A stretch of 64,000 bases of DNA from Flavobacteriales bacterium (GTDB lineage Bacteria; Bacteroidota; Bacteroidia; Flavobacteriales; Schleiferiaceae). A program made the translations under genes and the position numbers. This document shows, one piece after another, positions 1 to 9,719 of the stretch. Numbering within the stretch: position 1 is the stretch's first letter; each line of letters opens with the position of its first letter. Under the pieces are notes generated by a model. It made no database searches. It saw nothing but the letters and a program-made list of their open reading frames with translations, and was not told the DNA's origin. The stretch is taken from contig JAAXJR010000030.1 in NCBI GenBank assembly GCA_012269745.1, forward strand, positions 11,143-75,142. Reading direction: 5' to 3'.

Positions 1-1
1 T

Positions 2-1489
2 ATAAAAACACAAGGCCGCAGCGGTCTCAGGATCAATGCTGTAGCAGAGGGCTATGTCAGTCGTGTCGCCGTAAGTCCCTACGGCTATGGAAATGCCCTT
101 TATCTGCGACACCCCGAAGGCTATACCACCGTATACGGCCACTTGAACGCCTTTTATCCGGAATTGGAAAAATGGGTAGAAAATCAACTGCGCGACCGCA
201 GCAAAAACGACGGCAACCTCTACCCTTCGCCCGAACAGTTTAAAGTCACCCGCGGCCAGCTCGTTGCTTTCAGCGGGAACACCGGCGGCTCCTTCGGACC
301 TCACCTGCACTTTGAGATCAGAGATACCAAAACCGAAGAACCATTGAACCCCCTAGAGTTCGGGATTGAAGTAAAAGACACCCGAAAGCCTGATGTACGA
401 GGACTAAAGTGGACCGCGAAAGACTTTGGCGATATGGGCACGTTTGAAGCTGGTGATACGGTTGCAGTAAACTTCGCACTGGGGATTGATCTTTTCACCA
501 CGGACAAGCAAGATCTGGCCAACAACAACAATGGCGTGTATTCTATTGAAGCTTCAATTGAAGGACAACCTTTTTTTACAGCCAATTATAAACGCATCAA
601 CTTTAGCACCTCACGCTTTATCAATGCACACATCAATTACGACTTGTATTGCTCGCAAGGGGTGCGTTATACGAGGTTGTACGAGTTAGAGAATAATCCG
701 CTCAAGGTTACCGACACGTATGAAGTCATTGCGCCTACCTTCCGAGCTTCAAAAGGATGGATTACCGTGGCGCAAGACAGTCTAATTAAAGCTGATGTGG
801 TGGTAAAAGACTACGAGGGCAATACCAATACGTTCTCCTTTTACTTGCAAGGCGATACGCCGCTCCCGTCGGATAAGAACCCGACAAAATTGGACTGGAC
901 GAAGGACAATGATTTGACGTTGGGTCCCATCGACATTCACATTCCAGCGGGTGCTTTGTATAAGACAGACGAGTTCAACCTCTTTAAAAAAGGCGAGGAT
1001 CGTTACGTGATTGGCGAAGGATGGGTGGCACTACAAACCTACATGACCCTAAAGTGGACCTTGGATAGCACGCAGGTTCCGGGCGTAGGTTGGTTCCTAT
1101 GGGAGGCGAATCACAAGGGGAAGAAGAGTGCCATTACTGGGGAGCGCGACGGTGCGGTAATGACCTTTAAGACGAGAAGTACGGGGACGTATGAATTGGA
1201 CCAAGATTTGAAAAAGCCTGAGGTGAGCTTGCTGAAAACCACGACCTATGCACGCAGTAATAGCGCCTTTAGAGAGATTCGCTTGCGCGCCGCAGACGAC
1301 AAGACGGGTGTTGAACGTTACAGTGCCAGAATAGATGGCGCGTTTGCCCGGATTGACTTCGATTACAAAAAGGAGTTGTTAAAAGTGATTGTGCCCAAGG
1401 AATTGGCCGCAGGAAACCATAATTTGCGGGTAGTTGTTATCGACGGTGTGGGTAATACCACAGTTAAAGAATATACCATCACCCTATGA
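2..1489 (+). CDS. M23 family metallopeptidase (5' end outside window)
   Basis: The reading frame is open from the window edge. Upstream translation reads ..SPYGYGNALYLRHPEGYTTVYGHL.., followed by GNTGGSFGPHLHFEIRD, the LytM/M23 HxH signature. The listed Met at 143 is internal. Confidence 0.85.
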   Translation: MKTQGRSGLRINAVAEGYVSRVAVSPYGYGNALYLRHPEGYTTVYGHLNAFYPELEKWVENQLRDRSKNDGNLYPSPEQFKVTRGQLVAFSGNTGGSFGPHLHFEIRDTKTEEPLNPLEFGIEVKDTRKPDVRGLKWTAKDFGDMGTFEAGDTVAVNFALGIDLFTTDKQDLANNNNGVYSIEASIEGQPFFTANYKRINFSTSRFINAHINYDLYCSQGVRYTRLYELENNPLKVTDTYEVIAPTFRASKGWITVAQDSLIKADVVVKDYEGNTNTFSFYLQGDTPLPSDKNPTKLDWTKDNDLTLGPIDIHIPAGALYKTDEFNLFKKGEDRYVIGEGWVALQTYMTLKWTLDSTQVPGVGWFLWEANHKGKKSAITGERDGAVMTFKTRSTGTYELDQDLKKPEVSLLKTTTYARSNSAFREIRLRAADDKTGVERYSARIDGAFARIDFDYKKELLKVIVPKELAAGNHNLRVVVIDGVGNTTVKEYTITL

Positions 1490-2127
1490 GAGTAGCGTTA
1501 CTGCTTTTTTGTCTTTCATTTTTCACCCCTGCCCTGCATGCGCAGGAGGAAACGCCCATCCAGCTGCACGGTATTGTCGTGAGTAACGACAGCCTTAAGC
1601 AACTCCTACCAAACGTTCAGATTTTGGTCAAGAGTCGCGGACAAGTGAGCATTTCTGATATCGATGGCTTCTTTTCCACCGTCGCGATGCCTGGGGATAC
1701 CGTATTCTTCCAGCACATTGGTTTCAAGCTTCAAAAGTTTTGGGTAGCCGATACCCTGGAAGGTGATGAGTTCTTGGCACGTATCGTACTAGAGTGGGAC
1801 ACCGAGGTGCTCGATCCGGTCATTGTATATCCGTGGCCGTCGAAGGAAAACTTCAAAGAAGAATTCTTAGCCATGGAGGTGCAGACCACTGAAATGGATA
1901 TTGCAGCGCGTAACCTCGCCTTGGATGAGCTGCGCGACCGAGCAGCAGCCATGGGCTATGACGCCGCTGAGATGCAAGACTACCTGATCTCCCTACAGAA
2001 CCAACAGCTCTACAACGAAGGACGCGTCTTTGGTAACGGAATGAATGCCACAGGAGCATCTGCCATCCTAGGCGCATTGTCCAACCCTTTTGCTTGGCAA
2101 CAACTCTTTCAAAGCTTGAAGCGCTAA
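1486..2127 (+). CDS. carboxypeptidase-regulatory-like domain protein (secreted)
   Basis: It has an N-terminal signal peptide (LLLFCLSFFTPALHAQ). The stretch IQLHGIVVS..VKSRGQVSISDIDGFFS..GDTVFFQHIGF resembles a CarboxypepD_reg fold. An ATGA overlap with the upstream gene suggests translational coupling. Confidence 0.55.
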   Translation: MRVALLLFCLSFFTPALHAQEETPIQLHGIVVSNDSLKQLLPNVQILVKSRGQVSISDIDGFFSTVAMPGDTVFFQHIGFKLQKFWVADTLEGDEFLARIVLEWDTEVLDPVIVYPWPSKENFKEEFLAMEVQTTEMDIAARNLALDELRDRAAAMGYDAAEMQDYLISLQNQQLYNEGRVFGNGMNATGASAILGALSNPFAWQQLFQSLKR

Positions 2128-2133
2128 TAGTTG

Positions 2134-4332
2134 ATGCGTCACCTTTTCGCCATACTCTTTCTATGTACTTGCAGCCTTGCTAGCGCACAAATCATGGACA
2201 CTACCCTTCTTGATGAAGTGGAAGTTCGTGAGAGTAGACCGGAAGACGAGCGCACCCTAGTAAAAGGAAAAGACATTGAGTTTACCACAGGTGCTGAAGG
2301 CGGCGTTGAAGGTGTTGTGAAGACCTTCGCGGGGGTGAGTAGCCGAAATGAATTGAGCTCGCAGTACAATGTACGCGGCGGAAATTTTGACGAGAACCTT
2401 GTCTACATCAACGGATTTGAAGTGTTTCGCCCATTTTTAGCCAGGGCCGGTCAGCAAGAAGGGATGAGTATTATCCACCCACACTTGGTTGGAAATATAT
2501 TGTTCAGTGCCGGGGGCTTCTCAGCACTGTATGGCGATAAGCTCAGCTCCGTATTGGATGTACAGTACAAAAGAGGCGGCGAGGAATTGGACACCAAAGT
2601 AGAAAGTTCCCTCACTGGGGTGAACATCAGTGCCACGAAAGCAGGCATGGATTGGGAAATTTTGAGCGGCTTTCGCTACCGCAACAATGCGCTCCTGCTC
2701 AATGCCACCGACATTCAAAGCGATTACTTCCCCTCGAATGCCGACGGGCAGATCCTAGCACGCAAGTGGTTTGATAACGGGACTTCGTTAGAGATTTTTG
2801 GACACCTCTCCCACAACCGCATGAACCAGGTGCCGCAGAACCGTGAGACGAGCTTTGGTTCATTGCAAGAGGCCTTGCGCCTCACCGTATTCTTTGACGG
2901 GCAAGAGAACTTTGGCTACGATACACAGTTTTTAGCTGCACGTTGGAACCAGCGATTAGAGCGCGGCTTCCGCAGCCTGAGTGCGACAGGGTTTCATACC
3001 ACCGAGCGAGAGATCACCGACGTGATTGGCTATTACCGCTTGAGTGAGCTCAACAATGATCTGGGCAGCGACGACTTCGGAGAGATTTCACTGGTGCGTG
3101 GCGTGGGTGCCTTCCAGGATTACCGCCGCAACTTTTTGGATGCTTACATCGTCAACGTGAAATACGCGGAAGGGCGATTCTTTGATGCGGGGAAATTGAA
3201 TTGGGGAGCGACGGTGCAAGGCGAAAACATCTACGACCGCTACAAGGAGTTTCAGCGCATCGACAGCGCAGGCTACAGCTTGCCGCACCGTGAAAGCCAA
3301 CTAGATAGTGTGATCGGTGGCCGATTGTACAGCACTCCCCTCGACAATTTAGACCTCTACACCCACGTGAGTGCCACCCAGCTAATCACCAATACCCGAT
3401 TGAAAGGATACGTGAATTGGGAAGGGAAATGGGCAACGGACAAGGGCATCTGGACCTACAATGCAGGCGTCCGCACCCAATACGCCACCTTAAACGGCGA
3501 ACTACGTATCAGCCCGCGCTTCAAACTCTTTTACAAACCCAACGAGGAGGGCCGCACCTTTACTATTGCTGCCGGATTGTACGACCAATACCCGTTCTAC
3601 CGAGAAATGCGCCAGAAGGACGGTGTGCTCAATACAGAGGTACAAAGCCAGAACGCCATGCACTTCACCGTGCGTAGCGACAAGGATTTTGAGATGTGGG
3701 AACGTCCGTTTGTATGGTCCTTTGAAACCTACTACAAAGACCTCAACCGCGTCAACCTATATGACATCGAAAACGTGCGCATTCGCTACGCGGCGAACAA
3801 CAATGCCATCGGCCGTATCTACGGCTTCGACAGCCGCGTGAATGGGGAGTTTGTGCAAGGCACCGACAGCTGGTTCACCTTCAGTCTATTTAAAGCCGAG
3901 GAACGACCGACTGACGGCTTTGCCCAAGGCTGGTTTGCCCGTCCAACAGATACCCGCTTCAACTTTGCCGTATACTTCCAAGATTACCTGCCCAACGATC
4001 CCTCTACCCGTTTGAGTCTGACCTTGATGGTAGGCGGCGGCTTCCCCTTTGGACCTGATGGTCCTGGCGACGGCATTAGCGACCCGTGGGAGCGCGTGTT
4101 TAGATCTCCGCCTTACCGCCGTGCCGATATTGGATTCATCAAAGTACTTAAAGGCAAATGGACCGAGCAGTTTGACGAGGTCTGGGTGAGCGCAGAAATC
4201 TTCAACCTGTTGCAAGCACGCAATACTGTGAGCTACCTTTGGGTGCGTGATGTAAGTGCTGCCGGCCAATATGCCGTACCGAACTACATGACCAACAGAT
4301 TGATCAACTTCAAAATGCACGTGGACTTATGA
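2134..4332 (+). CDS. TonB-dependent receptor
   Basis: It has a signal peptide and plug-domain motifs (VEVRESR.., NVRGGNFDENLVYINGFEVFRPF, GGFSALYGDKLSSVLDVQYK). The long beta-barrel-like C-terminus ends in an aromatic-rich stretch. I take the ATG at 2134 rather than the TTG at 2131 as the start. Confidence 0.85.
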   Translation: MRHLFAILFLCTCSLASAQIMDTTLLDEVEVRESRPEDERTLVKGKDIEFTTGAEGGVEGVVKTFAGVSSRNELSSQYNVRGGNFDENLVYINGFEVFRPFLARAGQQEGMSIIHPHLVGNILFSAGGFSALYGDKLSSVLDVQYKRGGEELDTKVESSLTGVNISATKAGMDWEILSGFRYRNNALLLNATDIQSDYFPSNADGQILARKWFDNGTSLEIFGHLSHNRMNQVPQNRETSFGSLQEALRLTVFFDGQENFGYDTQFLAARWNQRLERGFRSLSATGFHTTEREITDVIGYYRLSELNNDLGSDDFGEISLVRGVGAFQDYRRNFLDAYIVNVKYAEGRFFDAGKLNWGATVQGENIYDRYKEFQRIDSAGYSLPHRESQLDSVIGGRLYSTPLDNLDLYTHVSATQLITNTRLKGYVNWEGKWATDKGIWTYNAGVRTQYATLNGELRISPRFKLFYKPNEEGRTFTIAAGLYDQYPFYREMRQKDGVLNTEVQSQNAMHFTVRSDKDFEMWERPFVWSFETYYKDLNRVNLYDIENVRIRYAANNNAIGRIYGFDSRVNGEFVQGTDSWFTFSLFKAEERPTDGFAQGWFARPTDTRFNFAVYFQDYLPNDPSTRLSLTLMVGGGFPFGPDGPGDGISDPWERVFRSPPYRRADIGFIKVLKGKWTEQFDEVWVSAEIFNLLQARNTVSYLWVRDVSAAGQYAVPNYMTNRLINFKMHVDL

Positions 4333-4565
4333 GAATAGTAGAGAGCTGGAGCACGAAACAATTCAAAACTACCATCTACGCCATGGAGCGCTGGCACGTC
4401 GTGGAATTTGAGGCGGGCCCGATGAAGCAAGCCTACAAGTTCATGAAGGACAGCCACCCCTCACCGGCGGCAGTCAAAGAAGCCTTGACGGAGACCTTCC
4501 TCTCCGGAGTGTACACGAACTTTGAACAGATGTACATCAACTTCAAAGAGAACGGGTTGAAATAG
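4329..4565 (+). CDS. hypothetical small protein (78 aa)
   Basis: The ORF overlaps the receptor stop by ATGA, which suggests coupling. I recognise no motif. Confidence 0.5.
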   Translation: MRIVESWSTKQFKTTIYAMERWHVVEFEAGPMKQAYKFMKDSHPSPAAVKEALTETFLSGVYTNFEQMYINFKENGLK

Positions 4566-5168
4566 TTACCCTAAAAGTGCAGTGAAATCCGCTTCAAGTG
4601 AAGCGCCCTTGTCCTTGTTGTACCAATCCTGAGCGAACAGCGTCCACTCCTTGTAGTCAAATTCTGGCTGGGCCTTCCATTTGGCATATTCCTCCATCAA
4701 TGGCGTAGGACGCGGGCCCCAGGTTCCAAGGACTTCGAAGTTTTCATTTAATCGGACCAATTTTGGGATGGAGCGTCCCCCATTTGTTAGAAACTCGTCC
4801 ATCAGCTCCGTGTTTTCATCGCGGAGGATGATGCGCAGGTCTACCCCGGCGTGTTCCGCCCATTTGGCAATAAACGGCAGGTTATGTGCTGCATCGCCAC
4901 ACCACGTTTCGCTGAAGATCAACCACTGTTCTTTCTCGCTCGTTCTAGAAGCAATATTGTCTAGGGTACTTTGTGATGGCTTGTAGGTTTTCTCCCAACG
5001 GCGCATGCGTGCTGCGCTCAGCTTGGTATATTCAACGTAAGCAGGCTTTTGGGGGCCTGTAGTGGTGCCTTCTTTGGCCATGGCCTTGTTCATAGCACTA
5101 TAGGCTTCGTAGGTTTGACCATTTGCAACGGCTGCACGCAATTCTGAAGTTAGTTGAGTGTTATCCAT
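4566..5168 (-). CDS. thioredoxin-fold family protein
   Basis: The motif LIFSETWCGDAAHNLP is followed by ..GRSIPKLV.., a thioredoxin-like arrangement with a single Cys. Confidence 0.65.
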   Translation of the reverse strand: MDNTQLTSELRAAVANGQTYEAYSAMNKAMAKEGTTTGPQKPAYVEYTKLSAARMRRWEKTYKPSQSTLDNIASRTSEKEQWLIFSETWCGDAAHNLPFIAKWAEHAGVDLRIILRDENTELMDEFLTNGGRSIPKLVRLNENFEVLGTWGPRPTPLMEEYAKWKAQPEFDYKEWTLFAQDWYNKDKGASLEADFTALLG

Positions 5169-5199
5169 AGGGGTGTTCAGTTAGGAATTGGTCCTGAAC

Positions 5200-6234
5200 T
5201 TACTTCTTAACCAAAGAGAGTGCAGGACGTTCAACCAACAAATGCAAAAGTGCTGCCACGGCGATAGATAGTGACAAGAAGGCAGGAAGTGCGATGGCAT
5301 TGCTCAGCCCCAGGGATTTGATCCACATCAAAACAGGAATGTGAAACAGGTAGAGGGAATAGCTGATGGCGCCAATGAATCGAAACGGGCGAAAGGATAG
5401 GAATTTGCGCCAAGCGCCCTCCTGGAAGGATGCCAAGAGCAATATGCCCCAAAGGATGGCGGCGGGAATGTACACGTTGGAGTGGGTAAAATCGTCGGAA
5501 GCCCAACCCCATCCAATGAATAGTCCCATGGCAAGAACAAGTATGTTGGTCAGCCAAGAACTTTGAATAGCCTTCTGGAAAGCATCCTTGTACAAGGTTT
5601 CGAATGCAGCAATGAGGGTGCCTATGGCGAAGATGCCTAGGTACCTCAACGTGCTGTGTCTTGGAAGTTCGTTAAAGTGATTGATGAAGATCGTGGCGAA
5701 GATGATGGCTGTGAAGAATCGGACCGTATTGCTTCCTTGTAATTTGAACAGCAGTAAACAGATCCACAGCAATAGCGGGCTGATTAAGTAATAACGGAAT
5801 TCTGTAGGAATGGACCAGAAAATGTGATCGCCGCGCATTAGTGCTAAATGCTCCCAAACGTGGGACCACTCTCGAATGACCACCTTGTAGCCGGCCTCGT
5901 TCATCAATCGGAAAGTGATCAGTGCGAGCAGGAACGGCGGGAAAATGCGCATGACACGACGACCTATGTAGTAGCGCCAATAGTTCCAGTTGCCTTTGCC
6001 CTGCTGCCAAACTTGGATGATCTGCTTATCGAGCAAGTAGGCAGAAATGATAAAGAACAGGTATACTCCTAATTTACCTCTCGATAAAAAGTAGCCGTCC
6101 AGCCAGGGACTTAATCCTTGATTGGTAGCGTGTCCAAAGAGCACGAGCAATACCGCCCATCCCCTTAGACCATCTAGAGCCTTATTGTGCTCTGGACGGT
6201 GGTCGTAGGGAAAGAACAGCTCGCGCAGTTTCAT
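5200..6234 (-). CDS. acyltransferase family 3 membrane protein
   Basis: LDGLRGWAVLLVLFGH.. and multiple TM segments are typical of Acyl_transf_3. I chose the start at MKLREL (ATG 6234) because the longer ORF would overlap the rocD stop. Confidence 0.75.
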   Translation of the reverse strand: MKLRELFFPYDHRPEHNKALDGLRGWAVLLVLFGHATNQGLSPWLDGYFLSRGKLGVYLFFIISAYLLDKQIIQVWQQGKGNWNYWRYYIGRRVMRIFPPFLLALITFRLMNEAGYKVVIREWSHVWEHLALMRGDHIFWSIPTEFRYYLISPLLLWICLLLFKLQGSNTVRFFTAIIFATIFINHFNELPRHSTLRYLGIFAIGTLIAAFETLYKDAFQKAIQSSWLTNILVLAMGLFIGWGWASDDFTHSNVYIPAAILWGILLLASFQEGAWRKFLSFRPFRFIGAISYSLYLFHIPVLMWIKSLGLSNAIALPAFLSLSIAVAALLHLLVERPALSLVKK

Positions 6235-6235
6235 C

Positions 6236-7501
6236 TTATTTTTTGAATTCGAGCAGGGTCTTGCGAATGATTGCCACACATTCGTCCATCTGCTCCTTGG
6301 TCATCACTAGCGGCGGTGCAAAACGGATGATATTTCCGTGGGTAGGTTTGGCCAAAAGACCATTGTCTTTCAGGGCCACACAGATGTCCCATGCCGTTGA
6401 GCTGTCCGGAGTATCGTTGATGATAATGGCATTCAGTAGGCCTTTACCGCGTACTTTAGTCACTAGATCAGTTTCGCCGATGATGTCGTTCATCTTCTCG
6501 CGGAAGTAAGCACCGAGCTCGCGAGCATGTGGTGCTAAACCCTCTTCTTTTACTACCTCCAAAGCGGCCATGGCTACCTCAGCAGCAATTGGGTTTCCGC
6601 CGAAGGTTGAACCGTGCTGGCCAGGCTTTATGACTTCCATCACTGAATCGTCTGCCAATACCGCACTCACAGGGTATACACCACCTGATAGCGCCTTACC
6701 GAGGATCAATAAGTCTGGTTTTGAATAGGTCGATTGACGCTCACACGTATTGCCACAAGTACAATTACCACATACGGCCAGCATCGAACCGGTACGTGCA
6801 ATACCTGTCTGCACCTCGTCTGCCATGAAAAGTACGTTGCGCTCCTTACAGAGTTCTGCCGCTTGGGCGATGAAGGTATCCGCAGGTGTGTTCACCCCTG
6901 CCTCACCTTGGATAGGCTCTACCAAGAAACCTACCACGTTCTCGTTCATCAAAGCAAAATTTAATGCAGCGATGTCGTTGTAAGGGATACTCACAAAACC
7001 GGAAGTATATGGGCCAAAGTTGGCACGTGCGTCTTGGTCGTCGGAAAAAGAAATGATGGTCGTTGTACGTCCGTGGAAGTTGCCTTCACATACGACGATG
7101 ATGCCGGCGTTTTCTACGACACCCTTTTTTTCATACCCCCACTTACGAGCAATCTTAATGGCCGTCTCTACCGCCTCGGCACCCGAGTTCATTGGGAGAA
7201 TCTTGTCAAAACCGAAAGTCTCGCTCATGTACTTCTCGTACTCTCCGAGCTTGCTGTTGTAAAAGGCGCGAGAGGTCAGAGTCAATTTTGTCGCCTGCTC
7301 CGTTAGTGCTCCAACAATCTTTGGATGGCAGTGTCCTTGGTTGACTGCGCTGTAGGCACTCAAGAAATCATAGTACTTCTTCCCTTCTACATCCCATACA
7401 TGGACGCCCTCACCGCGGTCGAGGACCACTGGAAGTGGGTGGTAGTTGTGTGCGCCGTAGCGCTCTTCTAATTCCATTAATGAGGCTGAAGTATGTGCCA
7501 T
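6236..7501 (-). CDS. rocD: ornithine--oxo-acid aminotransferase
   Basis: Motifs YGAHNYHPLPVVLDRGEGVHVWDVEGKKYYDFLSAYSAVNQGHCHP, DEVQTGIARTG, LILGKALSGGVYPVSAV and HGSTFGGNP are present. The start is taken at ATG 7501 (MAHTS). Confidence 0.9.
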   Translation of the reverse strand: MAHTSASLMELEERYGAHNYHPLPVVLDRGEGVHVWDVEGKKYYDFLSAYSAVNQGHCHPKIVGALTEQATKLTLTSRAFYNSKLGEYEKYMSETFGFDKILPMNSGAEAVETAIKIARKWGYEKKGVVENAGIIVVCEGNFHGRTTTIISFSDDQDARANFGPYTSGFVSIPYNDIAALNFALMNENVVGFLVEPIQGEAGVNTPADTFIAQAAELCKERNVLFMADEVQTGIARTGSMLAVCGNCTCGNTCERQSTYSKPDLLILGKALSGGVYPVSAVLADDSVMEVIKPGQHGSTFGGNPIAAEVAMAALEVVKEEGLAPHARELGAYFREKMNDIIGETDLVTKVRGKGLLNAIIINDTPDSSTAWDICVALKDNGLLAKPTHGNIIRFAPPLVMTKEQMDECVAIIRKTLLEFKK

Positions 7502-7597
7502 GAGGTTGTGCTTTTGGGTTTCACGCAAATATAAGTGTTAAGGTCGGGTCTATTGGTAGAATTGGCTTAACTTCATATCGCTAATAATCACAAGCGT

Positions 7598-9625
7598 ATG
7601 AAAAAACTTATACTCTCTCTATTGGTAGTGGCTTTTGCAGGTACTTCGGCAAGTGCTCAGTACTACCATTTAGCGGCTGCCTCAGGCAACCCAAACAACA
7701 TTAACCAAGAAGATTCGGAATACCCAGTAGGTAGTGGTCTACCAACGGATTGGACGTCCATCATGGCGGCACAGCAAACTGCCGGTAGCTATTCTTCTGC
7801 TCAGACGATGTCTTTCCCGTTCCTCTTCAACGGAGATACCGTAACCACTTATCGTGCATCAAACACAGGTATTGTGACGTTCTCTCAGCTTTCTTTACCA
7901 GCCAACAATAGTGCGGGAACAGCGGTAAGCTTGAGCAGCGCTACAGTGCCAGATTCATCTGTATGTATTCTCGGAATTAACGGTTCTGGATCTAACGATC
8001 AGGTTGCGCGCAAGACGTTCGGTACTTCGCCAAACCGTCAGGAATGGATCCTTTTCGCTTCGTACAGCGCTACAGGTACTACCGGTTCACACTGGACGTA
8101 CTGGTCGGTGGTACTTGAAGAAACGACCAACAATATTTACATCGTAGATCAGCGTACAGCTGGTTGGACTGGAACAGTGAACGTAGGTGTTCGCGTAGAT
8201 TCAGCAACAACGGATGAAATTACAGCCTTAGCTTCTGCTTCTACTAATGCACCAGACCGTACGGACAATACGCACCAAACCTTCATCCAAGGAACACAGC
8301 CAGATTACGAGATGGCCGGTGTTGCCGTAAACATGAATCCTTTTGTTGCATTGGGATCTGCACCATTTACGATAAGTGCAGATTTCGTGAACAACGGTGC
8401 TGCTTCAATTACCGGAGCTGATATCAACTACAGCGTGAACGGCGGAACGGCTACAACTTCGACATTAACAGGTTTGAGCATCCCTTCAGGTGCCTCAGCA
8501 ACGGTGACCTCTTCGTCGAATTGGACGCCTTCGGCTACAGGTACTTATGATATAAAGGTTTGGTTGAGCAATCTAAACGGATCAAACATGGATTCTGACA
8601 TGAGCAATGATACTGCGATGGTAAGTGTGCAAGTTGTGGCAGCGCTAACCACACGTTACCCACTCTACGAGACCTTTACTTCGTCGACTTGTCCACCATG
8701 TACACCTGCGAATGTTCAGATGGAGAGTGTATTTGATCTGAACCCAGGCGAGTACAACTCTATCAAATATCAGATGAGCTGGCCAGGTACGGGTGATCCG
8801 TATTACACCTCTGAGGGTGGCGATCGTCGCGGTTACTACGCTGTGAATTCTGTACCTCGTGTTGAGATTGACGGCGGTTGGGACAGCAACGGAAATAATG
8901 TTACTCAGGCTGTTTTCGACCAATTCCAGAACGTACCTGCCTTCGTTGAGATGGACGCTACTTTCAGCCAATTCAGCAAGACGGTGGAGACGACTATTGA
9001 GATTACTCCGCTAGCGGACATTTCTTCTAATAACCTAGCATTATTCGCAGTGATCTATTCGCACCGCGATACCGCCAACGTTAAGACCAATGGCGAGACC
9101 GAGTTTTTCAATGTTGTGAAGAAAATGATGCCTTCCTCTTCAGGTCAGAGCATTAGTGCCTTGACTTCAGGCACTGCGGTAACACAGACATTAAGCTATA
9201 CATTCAACGGTAACTATGTGCTTCCTCCGAATGCGAACTCTCCTGCTAACCTGAGCGTAGAGCATACCGTAGAAGATTTCGAAAACCTTGGCGTTATCGC
9301 TTGGCTGCAGGATGTGAATACAAAGGAGATTTTCCAGAGTGTGGATGCTACCTATACTATTGGTCAATTCGAAAATGAATTGGCATCTACATTGAGCATT
9401 TACCCTAATCCGGCGACAGATTTCATTACCGTAGAAGGCAACTTCGAGGGTACAGCCACTGTGAAGCTCATCAGCCTTTTGGGTCAAGAGATTCAAGGTT
9501 TTGAAGGCGAGCTTAGCGCTGGAAATTCATTACGCATCCCAACTGAAGGCCTTGCAAAAGGTACGTACCTCGTTGTAGTAAGCAAAGAAGGAACGACACA
9601 CGCTGAACCGGTAGTGGTTCGCTAA
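7598..9625 (+). CDS. secreted protein with T9SS C-terminal sorting domain
   Basis: It has a signal peptide. The C-terminus LSIYPNPATDFITVEG...GTYLVVVSKEG is the typical Por/T9SS CTD. Confidence 0.75.
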   Translation: MKKLILSLLVVAFAGTSASAQYYHLAAASGNPNNINQEDSEYPVGSGLPTDWTSIMAAQQTAGSYSSAQTMSFPFLFNGDTVTTYRASNTGIVTFSQLSLPANNSAGTAVSLSSATVPDSSVCILGINGSGSNDQVARKTFGTSPNRQEWILFASYSATGTTGSHWTYWSVVLEETTNNIYIVDQRTAGWTGTVNVGVRVDSATTDEITALASASTNAPDRTDNTHQTFIQGTQPDYEMAGVAVNMNPFVALGSAPFTISADFVNNGAASITGADINYSVNGGTATTSTLTGLSIPSGASATVTSSSNWTPSATGTYDIKVWLSNLNGSNMDSDMSNDTAMVSVQVVAALTTRYPLYETFTSSTCPPCTPANVQMESVFDLNPGEYNSIKYQMSWPGTGDPYYTSEGGDRRGYYAVNSVPRVEIDGGWDSNGNNVTQAVFDQFQNVPAFVEMDATFSQFSKTVETTIEITPLADISSNNLALFAVIYSHRDTANVKTNGETEFFNVVKKMMPSSSGQSISALTSGTAVTQTLSYTFNGNYVLPPNANSPANLSVEHTVEDFENLGVIAWLQDVNTKEIFQSVDATYTIGQFENELASTLSIYPNPATDFITVEGNFEGTATVKLISLLGQEIQGFEGELSAGNSLRIPTEGLAKGTYLVVVSKEGTTHAEPVVVR

Positions 9626-9654
9626 TAGTCGATAGACCAAAATTTTGTTTTTAA

Positions 9655-9680
9655 GGGCGGCCCTCGGGTCGCCCTTTTTC
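9655..9680 (+). terminator. rho-independent terminator
   Basis: The GC hairpin GGGCGGCCCTCGGGTCGCCC is followed by TTTTT, 30 nt after the stop at 9625. Confidence 0.75.
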
Positions 9681-9719
9681 GTTTCAAATACTCGTAGATT
9701 TCGATGTACTTTTGCCCTC

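Noticed and set aside
301-585. Many 60-190-aa ORFs in the supplied track lie antisense to, or out of frame within, long well-supported genes. Examples are 301-585, 3886-4320, 9987-10430, 28074-28496, 40711-41151, 46791-47360 and 62311-62712.
   Set aside because: They are fully embedded in genes with clear family motifs, have no motifs of their own, and show the amino-acid bias typical of shadow frames. I treat them as non-coding.
6235-6279. The longer start (6279) for the acyltransferase gene overlaps the 3' end of rocD.
   Set aside because: The extra 15 residues are non-hydrophobic and overlap the upstream gene's stop region. ATG 6234 immediately precedes the conserved N-terminus.
9645-9719. 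The longer N-terminal extension of rlmD suggested by the ORF track starts at 9645.
   Set aside because: The extension would be translated through the GC hairpin terminator of the upstream gene. The TRAM domain begins right after ATG 9720.
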